In this document: piece by piece, positions 18,344 through 28,027 of the stretch | Layout of the letters: each line of letters opens with the position of its first letter | Numbering within the stretch: position 1 is the stretch's first letter | Assembly (NCBI GenBank): GCA_043818055.1 | Contig: JBDRGF010000075.1 | Location: 1,733-65,732, forward strand | Origin: Pseudomonadota bacterium | GTDB taxonomy: Bacteria > UBA10199 > 2-02-FULL-44-16 > JBDRGF01 | Direction of reading: 5' to 3' | Length of the DNA stretch: 64,000 nt | Notes under the pieces: generated by a model | The model's database searches: none | Seen by the model: only the letters and a program-made list of their open reading frames with translations | Told to the model about the DNA's origin: nothing | Translations under genes and position numbers: made by a program

Positions 18344-19578
18344 AAATGTTAGGCGCATTAAAATTGAACAGAAATTTTTGGCTGCTCATAACAGGCCAGT
18401 TCACATCGAATATCGGCAGCACAATTTCAGAGCTGGGAATATCTTGGCTCGTCCTCAAGGAGTACTCGATCACAGAGTTTACCATATTTTCCGGAATATG
18501 CTTGCTGCCAAGGGTTATTCTGACTCCTCTGTTAGCCCCCCTCTTTGAAAGGGTGAATAAGAAGTTGCTGATGATCTTGTCTGATATCGTAAAAGGCATC
18601 TGTTTGTTTACAATGTATCTGCTCTTTCTCACGAAGGGTCTCAGATACGAGTATATCGTTTCCTTGATGTTTGTTCACGGACTTGTCGGCGTTTTGTTCA
18701 GCATTGCGGTAGAACCTCTGTATTACGACATATTATCGTTGGACGAATATCCAAAGGGGACATCGCTCAGAGAATTATTTGGCCGCATGGCGCCTCTCAT
18801 CGGACCTTCAGCGACTGCCATAATAATGGCAATATCCGGAAACATCGGTCTTTTGCTTCTTATAGATTCAATTACTTTTTTTGTCTCAGCCCTTTGTATC
18901 GTTTTTATCCGCTTGCATATGAAAACAGACTTTGAAAAAACGCCCAAGACAACAGGGTTTAGTTCGTATGCTAAAAATCTGTTTCAGGGGTTGGCGTATG
19001 TCAGCAAAAACAAAAATCTGTTGATGCTCTTTACGTCGTTGATAGCGATTGGGTCTATGTTGGGGGTTTTGGCTTCAATAATGCCGATATACATACGGGA
19101 TCATCTCTCTTCGGGAGTTGTTGGGTTGAGTATTTTTCAGTTGATAGGTAATGCAGGCGCTATAATCGTAGCTATCGGATTGACGATTTGGCAGTACAAA
19201 AGCTCACATTCGAGTATATATTCCTTTGGCGTTGGCATCATTGGCATTGTCGTCATGGGGCTGGTCGTCACTTCAAATTTCTATGCAGCGACATTCATAT
19301 ACTTTTTGCTGCAGGTGACGATCACCATCGCAAGCTATGCGGCAAAAATCCTTTTACGGGAAAATATCGAAGATGACTACAAAACCAGGGCATATTCGTT
19401 GATGTCCATGGAGCAGCTGTTGCAACCGATAACCATCTCTCTGTCAGGGCTCGCAATAAAAGCAATCGGGATTGATAGCATCGTGATGATCATAGGTATT
19501 ACTATAATGATAATAGGGCTTGTTTTGTTGGTGATAAATTTTAAAACGAGTCTTGTTTTTTCCAGAATTTTGGACTGA
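18340..19578 (+). CDS. MFS transporter
   Basis: 12 predicted TM helices. Start chosen at ATG 18340 (MKMLGALKL...), overlapping the RND stop as ATGA. The longer track ORF starting at 18148 would overlap the RND gene. Confidence 0.65.
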   Translation: MKMLGALKLNRNFWLLITGQFTSNIGSTISELGISWLVLKEYSITEFTIFSGICLLPRVILTPLLAPLFERVNKKLLMILSDIVKGICLFTMYLLFLTKGLRYEYIVSLMFVHGLVGVLFSIAVEPLYYDILSLDEYPKGTSLRELFGRMAPLIGPSATAIIMAISGNIGLLLLIDSITFFVSALCIVFIRLHMKTDFEKTPKTTGFSSYAKNLFQGLAYVSKNKNLLMLFTSLIAIGSMLGVLASIMPIYIRDHLSSGVVGLSIFQLIGNAGAIIVAIGLTIWQYKSSHSSIYSFGVGIIGIVVMGLVVTSNFYAATFIYFLLQVTITIASYAAKILLRENIEDDYKTRAYSLMSMEQLLQPITISLSGLAIKAIGIDSIVMIIGITIMIIGLVLLVINFKTSLVFSRILD

Positions 19579-19594
19579 AATCCAGGATTCTGGA
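19561..19594. promoter_or_regulatory. Second pair of TCCAGGATTTTGGA-type palindromic sites, 20 bp apart, about 90-120 bp upstream of the second sigma-54 promoter
   Basis: tccagaattttgga (19561-19574) and tccaggattctgga (19581-19594) have the same consensus and the same spacing as the pair at 9080-9113. Confidence 0.5.
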
Positions 19595-19681
19595 CAGAAA
19601 ATTAGGATTTTATCCGGCTAAATTGACTGTGTAGTTGTGTAACCATATAAAATATAACGTTTTGTGTTTTTTCCTCCACTT

Positions 19682-19696
19682 TGGCACATGGATTGC
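19682..19696 (+). promoter_or_regulatory. Sigma-54 promoter TGGCAC-ATGGA-TTGCT upstream of the MFS / precursor C / methyltransferase operon
   Basis: Exact -24/-12 consensus. The flanks (cTTTGGCACa...aTTGCTATA) closely resemble the promoter at 9191. Confidence 0.7.
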
Positions 19697-19831
19697 TATA
19701 TATTTCAAAAAGTTAAGCAACAAGTTGTAATAGAGTGCGATAATGGTGGGGTAATATAAAGTTACGTAATGAAGTTTTTATATTCAAATTGAAATTGAAA
19801 TTTATTTTCTAATGAAACATGACTTACCGTA

Positions 19832-21076
19832 ATGATAATCAATGGTAAGAGGCATATGGTAAATAATAAAAACCTTTTACAGATATCCTACTTTATTAAT
19901 CAATTAGGTACTTATACAAGCTATCTTGCCATCATTGCAATAGCTCGGGAACACAATAATTCTATAAATTCTATTGCTATGGTATTGGGTGCTTCAGCGG
20001 CAGGGACAATGGTTGGGTGGCTTTTGACAATGAAATATCTTAAAAATGTGCACGCAAAACTTCTCCTTTCGTCATCGTTGATATTGTCAGGTTTGATGAT
20101 GGTATCAATTTTATGTCTGGTTAATTGGTGGCTAGTTGTTGCTGCTTTTTTTGTGTTAGGAATGTGTACCAATACCTACATGTCATCATTCTATACTTTA
20201 ATTCCCAGGATGATCAAAAAAACAGATGTGCCTAATATTAATCAGAACATTCAGATATTGTCTCAATTAGCCATAGTTATAGGTGCGATTTTGGGCGGCA
20301 TTTTGTTAGATCGGTTTGGGTTTAGGCTTCCGCTATTTGTTGATATTATTTCTTATTTATTAGTTGGGGTTGTTTATATGTGTCTTTCCCATAATAGATT
20401 TGTAATTTTATCAGCAGAGAAAGCGAATGATAATACGAAAGACCAAGAAGTGGTACGTCCAAAATGTCCATTTCAAAGGACATTGTTATTTTCTCCATTG
20501 GTGTTGGCTTTTCTGGTGGCTTTTGCTGCAGGTGCATATAATGTGATTGAAATTCCATTTTTCACCGATATTTTAGGGTTGCCCTATCGCTACATTGGAT
20601 TTTATTTTTCAATTTCGGTATTGGGAATTCCAGTTTTTCATGCTTTGGTACGTAAAAAGATGTTGCAAATGGAGTCGCTGCGATCCCTGTTTATCGGTAT
20701 TGCATTAGGTGGTTTGGTTTATTTAGTATGGGGTATGCAGAGCAGCTTATGGATAACTGGTCTTTTGTTAATTTTATTCAGCCTCTTTCAATTAGTTATA
20801 TTCACTTCAGTGAATAATTATCTACATGCCCATGTATTGGAAGATAATAAACTTCAAACGGTTTTTTCAACTTTGCAATTTGGGAGACGTGTGGCAGCTC
20901 TGCTGGGTAAATTAGCGATTCCCTTTATTGTAGGTTTTGCAGGAGAAAAATTTTCTTTTTCAGTGCTAGGTGTTATTATGATAATTGGATTGATTGTTGT
21001 TTTGATAACCAAAAGAGTGATAGAAGGAAGTATGAGTATTGTTGGAGATTTACAACAAAATGCCGCCGAATATTAA
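19832..21076 (+). CDS. MFS-type transporter (second)
   Basis: About 12 TM helices with typical MFS loop spacing. An alternative start exists at 19856. Confidence 0.6.
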   Translation: MIINGKRHMVNNKNLLQISYFINQLGTYTSYLAIIAIAREHNNSINSIAMVLGASAAGTMVGWLLTMKYLKNVHAKLLLSSSLILSGLMMVSILCLVNWWLVVAAFFVLGMCTNTYMSSFYTLIPRMIKKTDVPNINQNIQILSQLAIVIGAILGGILLDRFGFRLPLFVDIISYLLVGVVYMCLSHNRFVILSAEKANDNTKDQEVVRPKCPFQRTLLFSPLVLAFLVAFAAGAYNVIEIPFFTDILGLPYRYIGFYFSISVLGIPVFHALVRKKMLQMESLRSLFIGIALGGLVYLVWGMQSSLWITGLLLILFSLFQLVIFTSVNNYLHAHVLEDNKLQTVFSTLQFGRRVAALLGKLAIPFIVGFAGEKFSFSVLGVIMIIGLIVVLITKRVIEGSMSIVGDLQQNAAEY

Positions 21077-21095
21077 ATTAGAGAAAGGAGGAGGT

Positions 21096-21176
21096 ATGAA
21101 GCAAATGGATTTGCTTGGATTGGACAACATTGAAATTCAGCAAGAAGGATGTTGCCCTCAGGGAATTGACGGATAA
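21096..21176 (+). CDS. Putative RiPP precursor peptide C (26 aa): MKQMDLLGLDNIEIQQEGCCPQGIDG
   Basis: Strong RBS AAAGGAGGAGG 6 nt upstream. It shares the leader motif NIEIxxEG with peptides A and B. The CC-containing C-terminus sits directly upstream of the methyltransferase and the anSME-like radical SAM. Confidence 0.5.
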   Translation: MKQMDLLGLDNIEIQQEGCCPQGIDG

Positions 21177-21270
21177 TACATCAAGAATATTCATATTATT
21201 ATGAATCTATTATCCGGGGGATCTCATTGCTTTAGTCCCCCGGATAACATGATTCAAAAGGAGTGATGCG

Positions 21271-22281
21271 ATGAATCCTGTAAGTCAGATGAGAAGTTGG
21301 ATTAATTCTATGCACATTGCTAAGGCTGTTAATATTGGTGTTGAGGTGGGATTATTCGGTGTGATTGCTGAAATAAAATGTCCAACAACAGTTCAAGAAC
21401 TAGCCAGGCAAGCTTGCTGTGATCAGGGATATGTAGAATCCTGGATACATGTTATGCAAGCGGCAGGAATTATTGATGTTGATCAAAATGGTCATCTGTC
21501 GTTTGTTAGTGACTGGAAGGAAGCCCTTACAGATCGAGATAGTGATAAATATGTGCCGCCGATGATGGAATGTCATTTCGCTATTGCAGATACCTATCCG
21601 AGATTTGCAAAATTTTTTAGAAATGGAAATTGCATGCATTCAAATGAATTCAGTGAACCACTGCTGGTCGGTATTGCTGCGGATGCAGTGCGATTTGCAA
21701 ACTATTTTTTGCATGTAGCTGTGGATAAGATTCCAGATTTGAAGCTAAAACTGGAAGAAGGAATAGATGTTTTAGACGTGGGTTGTGGTGGCGGGCAATT
21801 TCTTTCAAAAATAGCAACACAATTTCCAAAGTCGCGCTATGTAGGTATCGACCCGTTAGATAAAGTTATTGATATGGCTAGGGAGGAGGCCAAACATTAT
21901 AAAGTAGAGAGTAGAGTAGATTTTATTGTCGGTTGCGGTTCCGAAATCAAAAAGGAATGTGCTGATTTAATAATTCTTAATGAAGTACCTCACGAAATGG
22001 ATGCTAAAGTAAGACAACCGGTGCTGGATGCTTGTTGTAAAGCATTGAAAAAGGATGGTCTTTTGTTTCTGGTTGATATTTTGGCCCCCGAAAATGCCGG
22101 GGATTATGTACGGCCTAATTTCTTATTATCATCACTAGTTCAGTTTTTTGAAAAACCATGGGGTTCAAAATTGTTGACATACTCAGAATTGAAAATCTTA
22201 ATTAGAAATGCAGGTTTTTCGGATTTGACACACTTGGTGTCAGCAGATGATGTAGTTGTCGCATATACAAAACCCATATAG
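21271..22281 (+). CDS. Class I SAM-dependent methyltransferase (O-methyltransferase-like, with N-terminal dimerisation/winged-helix-like region)
   Basis: IDVLDVGCGGGQF is the glycine-rich SAM-binding motif I. A downstream acidic motif LIILNEV is present. Confidence 0.75.
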   Translation: MNPVSQMRSWINSMHIAKAVNIGVEVGLFGVIAEIKCPTTVQELARQACCDQGYVESWIHVMQAAGIIDVDQNGHLSFVSDWKEALTDRDSDKYVPPMMECHFAIADTYPRFAKFFRNGNCMHSNEFSEPLLVGIAADAVRFANYFLHVAVDKIPDLKLKLEEGIDVLDVGCGGGQFLSKIATQFPKSRYVGIDPLDKVIDMAREEAKHYKVESRVDFIVGCGSEIKKECADLIILNEVPHEMDAKVRQPVLDACCKALKKDGLLFLVDILAPENAGDYVRPNFLLSSLVQFFEKPWGSKLLTYSELKILIRNAGFSDLTHLVSADDVVVAYTKPI

Positions 22282-22289
22282 ATATATTA

Positions 22290-23522
22290 ATGAAAAAAAA
22301 TTATCATAATATTTTAGTTGATGGAAAAAAAATTCGTTTTTATCCCGATGAAATGTTATTTTATAAAGGCAGTTCATTTCCGAAGGATGTGGATAAAGAT
22401 AGAAATGTGAGGCCATCCGTTTGTAAATCGGTAAAGATCGCAAACAGCAGGAAACTACAACTGGCGTTGACAATCACTAAGAGCTGCAACATGAAATGTA
22501 CATATTGCTATGATAAGAAAAATATGAATATTTCTTCTAATTCGAAAAATATGCATTTTAGTACACTATGCGATGCAGTGAATAAGTTTTGTAATAGCAG
22601 GATTGGTAATTACAATATACATTTCATAGGTGGAGAGCCGCTTTTATGTCTGGATTTAATCAAACAAACTGTAGATTATTGCAATAAGAAGGCTGCAATT
22701 GATAGCTCGGTATTTACATATAGTATTTCGACTAACGGTACAATAATTGACAAAGCCATAGCAAAGTATTTTTCCGAAAATAAAATTAAAATAAGATTAA
22801 CCTTTGATGGTGTAGAAGAATCTCAGAATGTCAATCGACCGATGCGCAATCGGGAGCAGAGCTTTTCTCATGTGGTACGATCGTTATCAAATCTAAGAAA
22901 TGCAAGTTGTGATTTTAGTGTTATATCTGTACTTCATCCCAATTTTCTTCATAAAATGCTTAAAGCTTTTGAAAATATAATTCAATACAATCCAAATGCG
23001 ATAAAATTTGTTCCTCTAATAAATATAGATGCGCTTGGATGTAAGTATGTCAGTGATCATAGTGTCATGTTTGCAGAATCTCTTCGGAATATCGCTAATC
23101 AATTGATCAGTAGAAAAGATGAAAAAACAATTATGAAAATTAAGAATATAAGCGTGTATTTGCCTTATATTCATAATCGTATAGCGAACATCAAGGGGTG
23201 TATTGCAGTTAATAAACAATCATATGCAGTGAATGTAGATGGTTCTGTGTATCCATGCTCAACCTTTGTTGGTATAGATACTCATCGTTTGGGGATGATA
23301 AATGATTATGAACTCAATCCTAATTCCATAAAATGTGAATCAATAACGACGAGATGTTTATCCTGCTGGGCACGAACATTATGTCCTGGAGTATGTGCTT
23401 ATACTGCCGATAATAATTCAGCATGCTCATCAGCAATGAATTGTGAGTTTATAAAAGGAGAGATTACTGTTGCTTTGGAAGTATATAGCAAGTTGTATCC
23501 TCATAAAATTAGAAGGGAGTGA
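22290..23522 (+). CDS. Radical SAM/SPASM protein of the anSME/thioether-forming maturase family
   Basis: LTITKSCNMKCTYCYD is the CX3CX2C motif. The C-terminal SPASM-like stretch is CESITTRCLSCWARTLCPGVCAY. Confidence 0.75.
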   Translation: MKKNYHNILVDGKKIRFYPDEMLFYKGSSFPKDVDKDRNVRPSVCKSVKIANSRKLQLALTITKSCNMKCTYCYDKKNMNISSNSKNMHFSTLCDAVNKFCNSRIGNYNIHFIGGEPLLCLDLIKQTVDYCNKKAAIDSSVFTYSISTNGTIIDKAIAKYFSENKIKIRLTFDGVEESQNVNRPMRNREQSFSHVVRSLSNLRNASCDFSVISVLHPNFLHKMLKAFENIIQYNPNAIKFVPLINIDALGCKYVSDHSVMFAESLRNIANQLISRKDEKTIMKIKNISVYLPYIHNRIANIKGCIAVNKQSYAVNVDGSVYPCSTFVGIDTHRLGMINDYELNPNSIKCESITTRCLSCWARTLCPGVCAYTADNNSACSSAMNCEFIKGEITVALEVYSKLYPHKIRRE

Positions 23523-23531
23523 CGAATTGCC

Positions 23532-24716
23532 ATGAATAACCTAATAAAAAAAGCATTTCAACTTTGCTGTTTTTTAATTATCATACTAATACCATTTTAT
23601 ATTCAAGCGGATCAAAATATTACAATAGCGCTGGTGAATAATTTTTCGGATTTTAGATCTCCATGTGGTGATCCTAAAGGAGAAAACTTTTTGAATGCTT
23701 TGAATTTAGCATTGGAAGATTTTTTAAAAGATCATAAAAAATATTCAGATCAAATAATACTTAGAAAATATGATTATGGTAATTCACCACTTAATACGGA
23801 ACGTATTACATTAGAAGCTGTTCGCTCCGATGCAGTAGCATTAATTGGATATCCATGCTCTAGTTTTGCTCTTCTTGCTGCTCCAATAGCTGAGGCGCAC
23901 AATGTTGCTATGATTACGCCATCGGCTACAATTGATTCATTAACCGAGAGTCGTGAATATGTATATCGCGCTTCATTTAGGGATGAAGATCAAGCTAAAG
24001 TTATGGCGGAATTTCTGGCAAATGATCTGGATAAGAAAAAGGCTGTAGTTATTGTTAATCAGAATTACCCATATTGCACTAATTTATCAGAGCAATTCCA
24101 GCATTATTTTAAAAAATATGGAGGAAAGATTGTAAAAGTGTTTAACACGCTTTCGAGCCAAAAAAGCTATAATAAAGAAGTAAATGAAATGAATCACTTA
24201 TCATATGATGTAGTTTTTATTCCTAATCATGAAATGGAGAGCGCTACTATGGTTAAAGAAATATATAATTTGAGTATGGAAACCACTGTTGCTGGTGGAG
24301 ACGGATGGGGGAATTTGTATGGGTATATTTTTCCTGCTATAGTTGGAAATAAAAAAATTGATGCGTATGCAATTGCTCATTGGAATCGTGATTCTGTTGA
24401 CACTAGTTCAAAAGAATTTCAGAAAAGGTATTATAATCGTTTTGGATTTTATCCAAACGATAATTCAGCATTAGCTTATGATGCTATGAGTCTGCTTTTA
24501 CATGCAATATCTAAGGCGAAAAAAATAAATAGGAAAGAAATCAACGCAGAGCTCAAATCAATCCGGTCTCATTTCGGTGTAACTGGGAGATTCTCTTATA
24601 ATCGAGGTAATGGAACGCCTTCAAAAAATGTTTATATAGTAAAATATCCTCAACCCAATTTGTCTCATGAAGGTGATCGTAGATTTGAGCATTACAAGAG
24701 TGTTATCGTAAAATAA
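23532..24716 (+). CDS. Periplasmic substrate-binding protein (type I PBP, Leu/Ile/Val-binding / ANF-receptor-like), secreted
   Basis: Has a signal peptide, and its architecture and length fit type I PBPs. It sits directly upstream of, and is translationally coupled to, the sensor kinase. Confidence 0.6.
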   Translation: MNNLIKKAFQLCCFLIIILIPFYIQADQNITIALVNNFSDFRSPCGDPKGENFLNALNLALEDFLKDHKKYSDQIILRKYDYGNSPLNTERITLEAVRSDAVALIGYPCSSFALLAAPIAEAHNVAMITPSATIDSLTESREYVYRASFRDEDQAKVMAEFLANDLDKKKAVVIVNQNYPYCTNLSEQFQHYFKKYGGKIVKVFNTLSSQKSYNKEVNEMNHLSYDVVFIPNHEMESATMVKEIYNLSMETTVAGGDGWGNLYGYIFPAIVGNKKIDAYAIAHWNRDSVDTSSKEFQKRYYNRFGFYPNDNSALAYDAMSLLLHAISKAKKINRKEINAELKSIRSHFGVTGRFSYNRGNGTPSKNVYIVKYPQPNLSHEGDRRFEHYKSVIVK

Positions 24717-24717
24717 T

Positions 24718-26499
24718 ATGCAGCTTAAATTGAGTCATAAAATAAACTTCTATTTTATTTTAATCATGCTTCTGGTGACGCTATGTTCTGTTGTATTTAT
24801 TTTTTACATGGCAAAAGTTGAACGCAGTAAGCAAATCGACATGGCGGTTTCTAAAATGAAAAATATAGCTGCTATTGAATCAGAAGATATTATTGCTCAA
24901 ATTCTTTTTCATTCATACTCGTCACTCGATCTAATAAGTAAAAAAATTCTAGAAGAAAACAAAAATATATTTGTTGATATTCGACTTAATGATTTTGTTA
25001 CAGGAAATGAATTGAAATATAAATATTGTATTCCTGATAATAATGGAGTGTGCTACAACAGGGATGATGATGTGCTTCAATTCGTATATTCCTTGAATTA
25101 TGGAGGTAAGGATTTAGGAAGCCTCATCATGGCACAACAGATGGGTTCTTTCACTATGCTGATTAAGCCATCAGTATCAGTAATTGTATTATTTGCATCC
25201 TTGGTAACAATAGCGATGCTCGGAATGTTTATGTTCTTTATCAGAAAAAATATCAGTCAGCCAATCAATATATGTATTCGATCATTTTCAGAAATTAAAT
25301 CTGGGAAGAGAAAAAATATTCCAAAAATGAATACTCGCGATATGAATATACTAGTTGAAAATATTAATTCACTTATGGAAGATTTAGGAATATTTCAAAA
25401 AATTGCTGAAAGAAATACACATTTAGCCGCCATAGGACAAATATCATCCCACGTCGCACACGATATGCGATCGCCGCTGTCTGTCATACAGGGATATCTG
25501 CGGGGAAATCAAAAAAACATGAAACTTCTCGAAGCAGCAAAGGGAAGCGCAAATAAACTGAATAACATGGCCGATGAACTATTGGATTATGCCAAGGCCT
25601 CGAAGATTGAGCCGGTTGCAACATCGTTAAAAAGCCTCGTTGAAACCACCGTCAGCAAAGAGGTTAAAAATATCGCCGATGAAAAGGGTGTAAAGCTTAT
25701 TTATGATGTGAGGGATGATGTTGTTGCTAAGATAGATCATTACCGAATGGAACGTGTCCTGACCAACCTCATCACGAACGCCGTTCAGGCGATTGATGCG
25801 GAATCAGGTGAGGTAAAAGTTTCTGTTAAATCAGACAACGAAAATCTCAAAATAACAGTTACAGATAATGGCAGGGGAATAAGCAAAGAAGATCAGAAAA
25901 AGATTTTCGATAGCTTTTTCACAAAGGGAAAGATGAGAGGGACAGGCCTTGGGCTCTCATATTGCAAAAACGTCATAGAGGCACATGGGGGCGCTATTGC
26001 AGTAGAGAGTGAAGTTGGAAGAGGAACAGAGTTTTCGATTAATATTCCATCTTGTATTACAACACCACATGCCACATGCTACATACCACATGCTGTCCCT
26101 AGCCATCAGACATCAGCGGTCAGCGGTCAGCCGACAAAAGGCGAGTTGGACTCGGATAACGACATCCTCGTCGTCGATGATGATGTGGGAATAATTTTAA
26201 TATGGTGTGGCCTGATAGAGAAGAAAACAGGAAAACCGCCCATAACCGCAAAGAGCCCTGAAGAGATGATGAAAGCCAAAATCGATTACAGCAGGGTATC
26301 AAAGGCGATTGTTGACTATCAATATGAGGGAAGTAAGCTCACCGGCCTCGATGTCGTACAATTTTTGAAAGAGAAGGGCGTGCAGGTGATCCACATGTGC
26401 ACGGGGATGTATCACGATGAAGAATTGCAATCGCAGGCGAGAAAGTTAGGCGTTGCTTCGATCATACCTAAGCCTATTAGCGCCGATACGAATATTTGA
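24718..26499 (+). CDS. Sensor histidine kinase (two TM helices, periplasmic loop, HisKA + HATPase_c) with a degenerate C-terminal receiver-like extension
   Basis: H-box SHVAHDMRSPLSVIQGY. N/G boxes ITNAVQAID, TDNGRGISKEDQKKIFDSFFT, GTGLGLSY. The C-terminus DILVVDDDVGI...IVDYQ resembles a receiver domain. Confidence 0.8.
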   Translation: MQLKLSHKINFYFILIMLLVTLCSVVFIFYMAKVERSKQIDMAVSKMKNIAAIESEDIIAQILFHSYSSLDLISKKILEENKNIFVDIRLNDFVTGNELKYKYCIPDNNGVCYNRDDDVLQFVYSLNYGGKDLGSLIMAQQMGSFTMLIKPSVSVIVLFASLVTIAMLGMFMFFIRKNISQPINICIRSFSEIKSGKRKNIPKMNTRDMNILVENINSLMEDLGIFQKIAERNTHLAAIGQISSHVAHDMRSPLSVIQGYLRGNQKNMKLLEAAKGSANKLNNMADELLDYAKASKIEPVATSLKSLVETTVSKEVKNIADEKGVKLIYDVRDDVVAKIDHYRMERVLTNLITNAVQAIDAESGEVKVSVKSDNENLKITVTDNGRGISKEDQKKIFDSFFTKGKMRGTGLGLSYCKNVIEAHGGAIAVESEVGRGTEFSINIPSCITTPHATCYIPHAVPSHQTSAVSGQPTKGELDSDNDILVVDDDVGIILIWCGLIEKKTGKPPITAKSPEEMMKAKIDYSRVSKAIVDYQYEGSKLTGLDVVQFLKEKGVQVIHMCTGMYHDEELQSQARKLGVASIIPKPISADTNI

Positions 26500-26522
26500 A
26501 TTCGCTGAGATGGGAGGCAAAG

Positions 26523-27929
26523 ATGAACAAAGATTATACGATACTCTGTGTTGACGATGATGAGAATTTTCTTGTTCAGCTGGAGAGTATATTTGCGGAT
26601 TACACAGTTTTCAAAGCGACATGCATGGATGATGCCCTGTCGATCATAGACCGGAACGATATCAATACAGTTCTATTGGACATCAGCCTCAACGGCGAGG
26701 ATGGTCTGGATGGGTTGAACCTGATTAAAAAAAGAAATTCGTTCATCGATGTCGTGATGGTGACAGGCCATAGGGACACCGAATATATAGTGAAGGCGAT
26801 TCAAAGCGGCGCGAGCGATTATGTGTTGAAGCCTGTGGATCAGGGAGCGTTGCTCGCGTGCGTGGAAAAATCGAAACAATCCAAAAAAGAAAAGGAAAAA
26901 TATAATGCTCTGCTCTGTGAGTTGAATTCAGCGGATATCGCTTCGAGGATTGTCGGCAGGAGCGCGGAGCTCTCAAAAATTCTGAATATAGCAAAGAAGG
27001 TGAAGGGACATCACAGGGCAAACATCCTGATCGAAGGAGAGAGCGGCACGGGAAAGGAACTCCTGGCGCGCTACATCCACAGGCTTGAGGAGAATACAAG
27101 GCGACCGTTCATTGCGATCAATTGTGCTGCTATTCCGGACAATCTTATAGAATCAGAATTGTTTGGCCACGAAAAAGGAGCTTTTACCGGTGCGATTGGC
27201 AAGAAGATAGGGAAATTCGTTCTTGCTGACAAAGGTGATATCTTCCTTGATGAAATCAGTTCACTAAAACCTGATCTGCAGGCAAAATTATTGCGCGTGT
27301 TTCAGGAAAAGGAATTTTGTCCCCTTGGCGGCAACGATCCAGTGAAATCGGATTTCAGGGTGATCGCCGCGACCAATGAAAATCTGGAGGAGCTGGTGAA
27401 TTCAGAAAAGTTCAGGCTCGATCTCTATCATCGCATGAAGATCGTCAATCTCTACATGCCTCCACTTCGCGACCGGAAGGATGATATAGAAGAGCTTGCT
27501 CAACATTTCCTCAGAAAATATTCAGATGGGAAAAGGGGTTTGAAAATTGCAGATAAAGCAATCGCAATATTAAAGGAATATTCCTGGCCCGGAAATGTGA
27601 GAGAACTGGAAAATATAATACACCGGGCAATCGTCCTCGCTGAGGGCTATATGCTTTCGGAGAAGGATTTTTCGCATTTGCTAACCCCTTCCTCAGCCTG
27701 CATCAATGAAGGGCAGTCCACGCCCTTTATACAATTGTTTTCGGAGATATCGCCCAAACTCTCCGGCAATGTGATGCCGCTTAAGGATTATGTCATGAAG
27801 GCCGAGACCGAATATTTAAAAGAGGTGCTCGATCTCAAGGCCGGCAACAAAGACGAGGCAGCTGTTTCTCTCAAGATGAGCCGTTCGAGTTTTTATTCAA
27901 AATTGAAACAATGCGGTTTTTTAACATGA
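26523..27929 (+). CDS. Sigma-54-dependent Fis-family response regulator (NtrC-like enhancer-binding protein)
   Basis: Receiver domain (CVDDDENF...LLDISL). AAA+ sigma-54 activation domain with Walker A GESGTGKE, the GAFTGA motif and ESELFGHEKGAFTGA. C-terminal HTH. RBS GGGAGG lies ahead of ATG 26523 (the track ORF begins at 26496). Confidence 0.85.
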   Translation: MNKDYTILCVDDDENFLVQLESIFADYTVFKATCMDDALSIIDRNDINTVLLDISLNGEDGLDGLNLIKKRNSFIDVVMVTGHRDTEYIVKAIQSGASDYVLKPVDQGALLACVEKSKQSKKEKEKYNALLCELNSADIASRIVGRSAELSKILNIAKKVKGHHRANILIEGESGTGKELLARYIHRLEENTRRPFIAINCAAIPDNLIESELFGHEKGAFTGAIGKKIGKFVLADKGDIFLDEISSLKPDLQAKLLRVFQEKEFCPLGGNDPVKSDFRVIAATNENLEELVNSEKFRLDLYHRMKIVNLYMPPLRDRKDDIEELAQHFLRKYSDGKRGLKIADKAIAILKEYSWPGNVRELENIIHRAIVLAEGYMLSEKDFSHLLTPSSACINEGQSTPFIQLFSEISPKLSGNVMPLKDYVMKAETEYLKEVLDLKAGNKDEAAVSLKMSRSSFYSKLKQCGFLT

Positions 27930-28027
27930 ATTGATTATCTTTTAGTTTATCGCCACTTTTCGTTGCATTCCCTTTTACAGTTAGCTAAATGGAATTGATC
28001 ACAATTTCAAAACATAGGAGGGCATCG

